Source: Candidatus Harrisonbacteria bacterium
GTDB lineage: Bacteria > Patescibacteriota > Minisyncoccia > UBA6257 > UBA11618
Reading direction: 5' to 3'
Length of the DNA: 64,000 nucleotides
Assembly (NCBI GenBank): GCA_023244835.1
Contig: JAHFLN010000001.1
Coordinates: forward strand, 4,912 to 68,911
Both the position numbers and the translations under genes were made by a program. Shown here piece by piece: positions 59,399 to 64,000 of the stretch; position 1 is the stretch's first letter, and each line of letters starts with the position of its first letter. The notes beneath the pieces are model-generated. The model was given only the letters and a program-made list of their open reading frames with translations, searched no databases and was not told where the DNA came from.

Positions 59399-59682
59399 GG
59401 CCTTTTCTCCTTATGCAAGCCGATCGCTTCTCTACACATAACGAAATGCGCAGAGACGCGATAAAAATCAAGACACTGGAATTATAATGGATTTATTTGA
59501 CAAAAAAGTCAAATTCCATTCCAATCATCCAAGAACCACGCCACGATATCGTTTAATATCCCGAAATGCGAATCATCTTTTTTTCGAAGATATATCGCGA
59601 TGCCATAGAAAAGATACCCCAGCCAGATCGGCAGAGTCGCCCAAAAAAAGATTGCCCGGGGCGAAATCAGCTTTCCCATTCC

Positions 59683-59901
59683 TTACGACGTGGCGCAGGA
59701 GCACTTGCTCTTCGCCTCGCTACATCCGCAGCAGCGTTCCTCGCGCGGCATACCGCAGCATTCTTCCGCCGAAGCCTCTGCCTCGCTTCCACAGCCCGCG
59801 CATTTATATCCGTGCGCCTCGCCGCATTTCTCGCACATTTTCATGTCTTCTTGTTCCATATATCCAGTATCGCAACCAAGCCCCCCGCTGTCAATTATCA
59901 A
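59683..59901 (-). CDS. Small cysteine-rich protein (metallothionein-like; ~16 Cys in <60 aa)
   Basis: MKMCEKCGEAHGYKCAGCGSEAEASAEECCGMPREERCCGCSEAKSKCSCATS; start among MII/MEQ/MKM uncertain; overlaps truB stop. Confidence 0.4.
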   Translation of the reverse strand: MIIDSGGLGCDTGYMEQEDMKMCEKCGEAHGYKCAGCGSEAEASAEECCGMPREERCCGCSEAKSKCSCATS

Positions 59902-60548
59902 CCGATGCGAATCGCGTCCTCCGCCCGGTACTGTCCGACGCGCGTGCGTTCAAGACCGGCGAGATAGCCTCCCACGCCCAAAACGACACCTATATCCCGC
60001 GCGAGCGCACGAATATAGGCCCCCGGGCCGGTCACGACCCGCACACAGACCTCAGGCCATGCATATGAAACGACTTCGATTTCCTTTATGAGAATCGGAC
60101 GCGCCTTCATTTTAAGCTCCTCTCCCGCGCGCGCTCGCGTATATGCCGCCTTTCCGCCAATTTTCAAAGCGCTGTATATCGGCGGTACCTGCATAATCTC
60201 GCCCACGAACTCCTTGCATGCGCGCTCGACATCCTCTCGCGTCGGAACCCTTGGAACCTCGCGCGTCGACTTTTCCCCCTCTTCATCATCCGTCGCGCTT
60301 GTCATACCGAGCCGCACCACGGCGACATACTCCTTCTCATGCGCTACGACCTCGGCCAATGTACGCGTCGCCGCTCGGCCGATGCCCACGACGAGCACGC
60401 CTCTCGCGAGCGGGTCGAGCGTGCCCGCATGACCCACCCTGCGCTCGCCCGTCGCACGACGAATCAGGCCCACGACATCGTGCGATGTCATGCCGATGGG
60501 CTTGTATACAGCGACTATTCCCTCTTTAGGATAGGTTCTACTATTCAC
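59898..60548 (-). CDS. truB: tRNA pseudouridine(55) synthase
   Basis: GIVAVYKPIGMTSHDVV...GHAGTLDPLARGVLVV motifs. Confidence 0.9.
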   Translation of the reverse strand: MNSRTYPKEGIVAVYKPIGMTSHDVVGLIRRATGERRVGHAGTLDPLARGVLVVGIGRAATRTLAEVVAHEKEYVAVVRLGMTSATDDEEGEKSTREVPRVPTREDVERACKEFVGEIMQVPPIYSALKIGGKAAYTRARAGEELKMKARPILIKEIEVVSYAWPEVCVRVVTGPGAYIRALARDIGVVLGVGGYLAGLERTRVGQYRAEDAIRIG

Positions 60549-60897
60549 GGAGCATTTTCTTCAGCTCCGCGCCACCGCGCTTCTTCGCATCCACGCTTTT
60601 TTCCTTATGCCGTTCAAGCTCGGTGCGCATATCCTCCTGCGCCTTATCCATCGCCTCAAGCAGGGTTTTTCCTACGGCTTCAGCCCGCAACTCCTTTCCC
60701 GGAACATGAATCATGATCTCCACGCGGAATACGTCGCCTGTGCGGTGGTGGCGCGTGGTGCGCGCGGCCTCTACATGCGCCGAGAGCGCCTCGCCGAAAT
60801 GGCCGGCAACCTTGTCGAGCGCTGCCATCTTCTTCCCGACATACTCTTCGACGGATGCCGTTAACTCGACGTCCGTAGCCTTCATAACGTATTTCAT
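60541..60897 (-). CDS. hpf: Ribosome hibernation promoting factor (HPF/RaiA)
   Basis: 118 aa; YfiA fold sequence. Confidence 0.8.
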   Translation of the reverse strand: MKYVMKATDVELTASVEEYVGKKMAALDKVAGHFGEALSAHVEAARTTRHHRTGDVFRVEIMIHVPGKELRAEAVGKTLLEAMDKAQEDMRTELERHKEKSVDAKKRGGAELKKMLRE

Positions 60898-60901
60898 ACC
60901 T

Positions 60902-61537
60902 TCATGATATGCCTGCGAGGATGGGAGTCAAAGGACACTTCCCGTGGGCGTGCGGCCGGGCCACGCACCACCTCCTCCCATACTCTATCAACCGATACGT
61001 AAACGAGAACCACTCCCCCTTCGGAATGAGACGCATAAGATCGCGCTCGATACGTACGGGATCAGAATGCTCCGTAAGGCCGAGCACCTTCGCGAGCCGC
61101 TTCACGTGCGTATCGACCGCGATGCCTTCCACTACGCCGTATGCGTTCCCGAGCACGACGTTCGCGGTCTTTCTCGCCACGCCGGGAATCGAAAGCATCT
61201 CCTCCATCGTTTTCGGCAACTCGCCGTGGAACCTGTCCTTCACCATCTTCGCCGCCGCGAGAATGTTCTTCGTCTTATTCCTAAAAAATCCCGTTGAATG
61301 AATATCCCGCTCGAACTCCGCGGGATCGGCCGCGCAATAGTCCTCGAGCCGCGGGTATTTCCGGAAGAGCGCGGGCGTGACCTCGTTGACCTTCTTATCG
61401 GTGCATTGGGCGGATAACTGGACGGCGACCATGAGCTCCCAGTTATCGGAATACGAAAGCGCGATATGCGCATTAGGAAAAAGATTTTTCAGAGTACCGA
61501 GTATCGCCTTCACGCGCACGTCCATGTCCGTATCCAT
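60902..61537 (-). CDS. nth: Endonuclease III family HhH-GPD glycosylase
   Basis: LSAQCTDKKVN...IPGVARKTANVVLGNAYG motifs. Confidence 0.8.
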   Translation of the reverse strand: MDTDMDVRVKAILGTLKNLFPNAHIALSYSDNWELMVAVQLSAQCTDKKVNEVTPALFRKYPRLEDYCAADPAEFERDIHSTGFFRNKTKNILAAAKMVKDRFHGELPKTMEEMLSIPGVARKTANVVLGNAYGVVEGIAVDTHVKRLAKVLGLTEHSDPVRIERDLMRLIPKGEWFSFTYRLIEYGRRWCVARPHAHGKCPLTPILAGIS

Positions 61538-61560
61538 ACGCTGAGCGTATCATACTGCGA

Positions 61561-61594
61561 CAAAACCCCCGCGCCTCGCATGAGGCGCGGGGGC
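61561..61594 (-). terminator. Strong GC hairpin after doxX (12 bp stem), weak T-run
   Basis: CCCCCGCGCCTC-GCATG-GAGGCGCGGGGG. Confidence 0.45.
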
Positions 61595-61620
61595 ATGTCC
61601 CGCATCAGCGCGCGAATCTC

Positions 61621-62022
61621 TTACTTATTCCCCGCAAGCTTATGAACCGTGAATCCTCCCGGACCCGCGAACGCCACGCCGAGCGACACAAGAAGCAGGG
61701 TTAGGGTGTACTCATAACCCCCACCCCCCATGAACCCCTTCGCTCCCGTCACGTACCAGATCGCTCCGGCCATAACGATCGCGAGCAGGATGCCTGCCCA
61801 TTTCGTCCATACCCCAAGAATCATAGCGATGCCTCCGAGGAGCTCGACCCATGACACGAGATACGCGACGAACGTCGCGAGGCCGAGTGACGCGAAAAAG
61901 CTCACCGTGCCGTCCATCATTTGGATCTTGCTCCAGCCATGGGAAACGAACACGAGTCCCAATGCCACGCGGATTAGGAACATGCCCGTGTCCGCGCACA
62001 TCACCTTGTCTTTTGACATCAT
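61621..62022 (-). CDS. DoxX family membrane protein
   Basis: DoxX-like four-helix hydrophobic pattern. Confidence 0.75.
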   Translation of the reverse strand: MMSKDKVMCADTGMFLIRVALGLVFVSHGWSKIQMMDGTVSFFASLGLATFVAYLVSWVELLGGIAMILGVWTKWAGILLAIVMAGAIWYVTGAKGFMGGGGYEYTLTLLLVSLGVAFAGPGGFTVHKLAGNK

Positions 62023-62141
62023 TGTTTTCCGTACGCCTTATCCGACGACCTTTATATATATCCATAGTATCACGACGATATCTCCTTTTCGCAACGCCCC
62101 CGATGCTTGACGCGCGACCGATAATCTCCGTATGCTCCGAT

Positions 62142-62278
62142 CATGCCCCGTGTTATAAATCCGATCTTTCCCGCGGGGAAAATAAAAAACCACGAAATCC
62201 ATATATGATAATCAGAACGATGCATATCAATGACCCCTATCAACCCGATAATCAATCGGATTTGTAACACGGGGCATG
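62142..62278. repeat. Family-1 palindromic element: CATGCCCCGTGTTATAAATCCGAT / ATCGGATTTGTAACACGGGGCATG (23/24 match)
   Basis: Arms 62142-62165 and 62255-62278, 89 bp spacer; right-arm terminal ATG is the dcd start codon. Confidence 0.8.
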
Positions 62279-62944
62279 TTACTCTCAGCACCCGCGATAC
62301 TGCGCCATATAAAGAAAGGAACGATCACGGTCGACCCGTACGACGCGAAGAATCTCGGCAACGCGAGCTTCGACGTGACACTCGGCGAACATTACTACCG
62401 CGAACATGCTCCGCAGAACGGAAACGCCGTCTTCAACCTCTATAATGAGGCGGATACCTACCGCGTATGGGGAAAGAAGCATGAGACCGCCCAGCCGTTC
62501 GGTAGAAATGACACGCCCGGCATCGGAGCGAAAGACCTGGTAATTTGGCTCGCTCCCGGCGAAACGATCCTCGCCCACACTCGGGAATTCATCGGCGGCA
62601 CGGAAACGGTGGACGCGATGCTTAAAGCGCGCTCCTCGACTGCGCGTAATTTTATAAGCGTATGCAAGTGCGCCGGCTGGGGCGACGTCGGCTATGTGAA
62701 CCGCTGGACGATGCAGATAACGAACCACAGCAGGCACTATCATATCCCGCTCGTCGTGGGCCGTCGCATCGCCCAGATCGTCTTCTTTGAAGTCGAACCG
62801 CTCGTTGAGAAGGATAACGCGGGCGCCTACGGCAAGAAGAAAGACGGTAAATATCAAGCTTCTGCCAACCTGAAGACCATTAAAAAGAACTGGAAACCGG
62901 CAGACATGCTGCCGAAGATGTGGAAGGATCGGGACGTGAAGTAA
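62276..62944 (+). CDS. dcd: dCTP deaminase family protein
   Basis: N-terminus ILSAPAILRHIKKGTITVDPYD...SFDVTLG and GRRIAQIVF dUTPase-fold motifs. Confidence 0.8.
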   Translation: MLLSAPAILRHIKKGTITVDPYDAKNLGNASFDVTLGEHYYREHAPQNGNAVFNLYNEADTYRVWGKKHETAQPFGRNDTPGIGAKDLVIWLAPGETILAHTREFIGGTETVDAMLKARSSTARNFISVCKCAGWGDVGYVNRWTMQITNHSRHYHIPLVVGRRIAQIVFFEVEPLVEKDNAGAYGKKKDGKYQASANLKTIKKNWKPADMLPKMWKDRDVK

Positions 62945-63303
62945 ATCCGAAATTCGAATATCGAAATTCGAAAACGGATCACTTCTCCGCCTTACGAACT
63001 ATCGAGCCAAAAATCATCATAAGCTCGGCGCATTCCCCAATCAGCTCGGCGCAGCGTCCCTCATCCCCTTCTAATAATCGCAACCAATATATGCTCTCTT
63101 TCGCCTCTTTGCGGCAAATCCTTATCCGCATCAAAAAATCTTTTTCGCCCAAGGCCTCGTTCGCCTCGATATAATTCGCGCCGACCGAAGCCGACGATCG
63201 TATAAGCTGTTTCGAATATTCCTTACAGCGAATGCCAATGTCCTGTCCTCTAAATCGTATACGGCCATCCGTCTATCTTTTTTTTCGGATTTCGGATTTC
63301 GAG
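62943..63303. repeat. Non-coding segment bounded by inverted terminal repeats built from tandem CGAAATYCGAA units
   Basis: Left AAATCCGAAATTCGAATATCGAAATTCGAAAACGG; right (rc) CTCGAAATCCGAAATCCGAAAAAAAA; lies between convergent genes. Confidence 0.5.
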
Positions 63304-63749
63304 CTTCTCGCTAAGGGGAGCGGGTGCAAGTGCGCGGCGAGCGATAAGGCGAGCGCGATGATAACAAGGTTTTTGATTATATACTGCCCCTCAAACGTTG
63401 GTACGAGTACGCTCTGCCACGTAAGCTCGGGCAGGACGACAAGCGGCAGAAACGCCGCGACCATGTGCAGCGCGAGCAGTGCCACCGCAAGCCTCTCCAT
63501 GCCCGATACGAGGAATGCCGCCCCGATCACCATCTCGTAGATGCCGAAAAATATCCGGAACGGGGCAAATGGGACGAACGGCAGCGCCTTCGCGAGGAGC
63601 GCCGCGACGAGCGGATCGGCAGGGCTCAGATCCATCACCTTCAAGAGGCCAAACCAGAAAAAAACTATGAATAACGCCACGCGCGCAACGGGAACGGCGA
63701 TCTCGCGCACTCCGTGAATCATCACACGGTCGAATCGGGGGAAGTCCAT
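63273..63749 (-). CDS. Hypothetical polytopic membrane protein
   Basis: 158 aa, four hydrophobic helices. Confidence 0.5.
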   Translation of the reverse strand: MDFPRFDRVMIHGVREIAVPVARVALFIVFFWFGLLKVMDLSPADPLVAALLAKALPFVPFAPFRIFFGIYEMVIGAAFLVSGMERLAVALLALHMVAAFLPLVVLPELTWQSVLVPTFEGQYIIKNLVIIALALSLAAHLHPLPLARSSKSEIRKKR

Positions 63750-63874
63750 ATATCAATACTATCATATTGACAAAACCACTTCGATGCCCCATGCTGTAGT
63801 CACGTAGATACCACCGTTGCAATGCAAATTGCCCTGGGTCTCGGAACGTCGTTTACAAATCAAACAAGACCACA

Positions 63875-64000
63875 TGGCATTTGAACGCAGCAATGGCGGC
63901 ATGGGAGGCGGAAGCTTCCAGCGCCAGATGTTCAACGGAGACTGGAAGTGCTCGAAGTGCAACGGTCCGATCACGGAACTCCCGTTCCAGCCGGATCCTG
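63875..64000 (+). CDS. Partial ORF at window end (MAFERSNGGMGGGSFQRQMFNGDWKCSKCNGP...)
   Basis: ATG at 63875 continuing past window end; CxxC motif; no clear Shine-Dalgarno. Confidence 0.25.

Noticed and set aside
63851-63862. GTTTACAAATC near the window end as a fourth Family-1 arm
   Set aside because: Only an 11 nt partial resemblance, lacking the CCCCGTG part and a partner arm.

Overview
The window is a high-GC (~60%) bacterial sequence, almost entirely on the minus strand, dominated by the ribosomal-protein super-operon. Gene order is rpsL-rpsG-fusA ... tuf-rpsJ ... rplC-rplD-rplW-rplB-rpsS-rplV-rpsC-rplP-rpmC-rpsQ-rplN ... rplX-rplE-rpsZ-rpsH ... rplF-rplR-rpsE-rplO-secY-adk-map. No L30 gene lies between rpsE and rplO. 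L3 is short, L24 carries a C-terminal zinc ribbon, and many envelope proteins have N-terminal TM anchors; together these suggest a Patescibacteria/CPR-like lineage (inference). The operon is interrupted in four places: a small membrane protein between rpsH and rplF, two plus-strand membrane proteins between rplN and rplX, DUF218 plus a hypothetical between rpsJ and rplC, and four tandem LivJ-like binding proteins between tuf and fusA. There is also a complete LivFGMH branched-chain-type ABC transporter with two more binding proteins. Three items stand out: (1) A tRNA-Ser(GGA) is followed directly by a ~3.8 kb AT-rich island carrying a PD-(D/E)xK restriction endonuclease, a DNA methyltransferase fused in-frame to a complete LexA-type repressor (HTH plus S24 autopeptidase) and a DUF4238-like protein; a degenerate tRNA-like remnant marks the far edge. 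(2) Two families of intergenic palindromic elements have long terminal inverted repeats. Family 1 has a core CCCCGTGTTACAAATCCGA, three copies, each abutting a start codon (rplN, cdaA, dcd). Family 2 has a core CCGTTAGAAGC, two copies, downstream of map and filling the rpsL-rpsG spacer. (3) A five-gene minus-strand operon of secreted and membrane hypothetical proteins, including an internal-repeat protein and two paralogous Cys-rich proteins with Ala/Val-rich 11-mer repeats. Other notable items: a nucleotidyltransferase-fold ORF that reads in-frame into groES through an A6 homopolymer; two ~170 bp segments with ~20 bp terminal helices and T-runs in the 0.5 kb non-coding gap upstream of rmuC, candidate structured ncRNAs; and a ~360 bp inverted-repeat-bounded non-coding segment after dcd. 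Other recognisable genes: htpX-lemA, groEL, rmuC, cdaA, an S1 serine protease, an FAD-linked oxidase, mutY-like, truB, hpf, nth, doxX, dcd, a NUDIX hydrolase, an MFS transporter and an M50 protease. No CRISPR array, transposase or integrase was seen. All assignments rest on reading the translations and DNA by eye; no searches were run.
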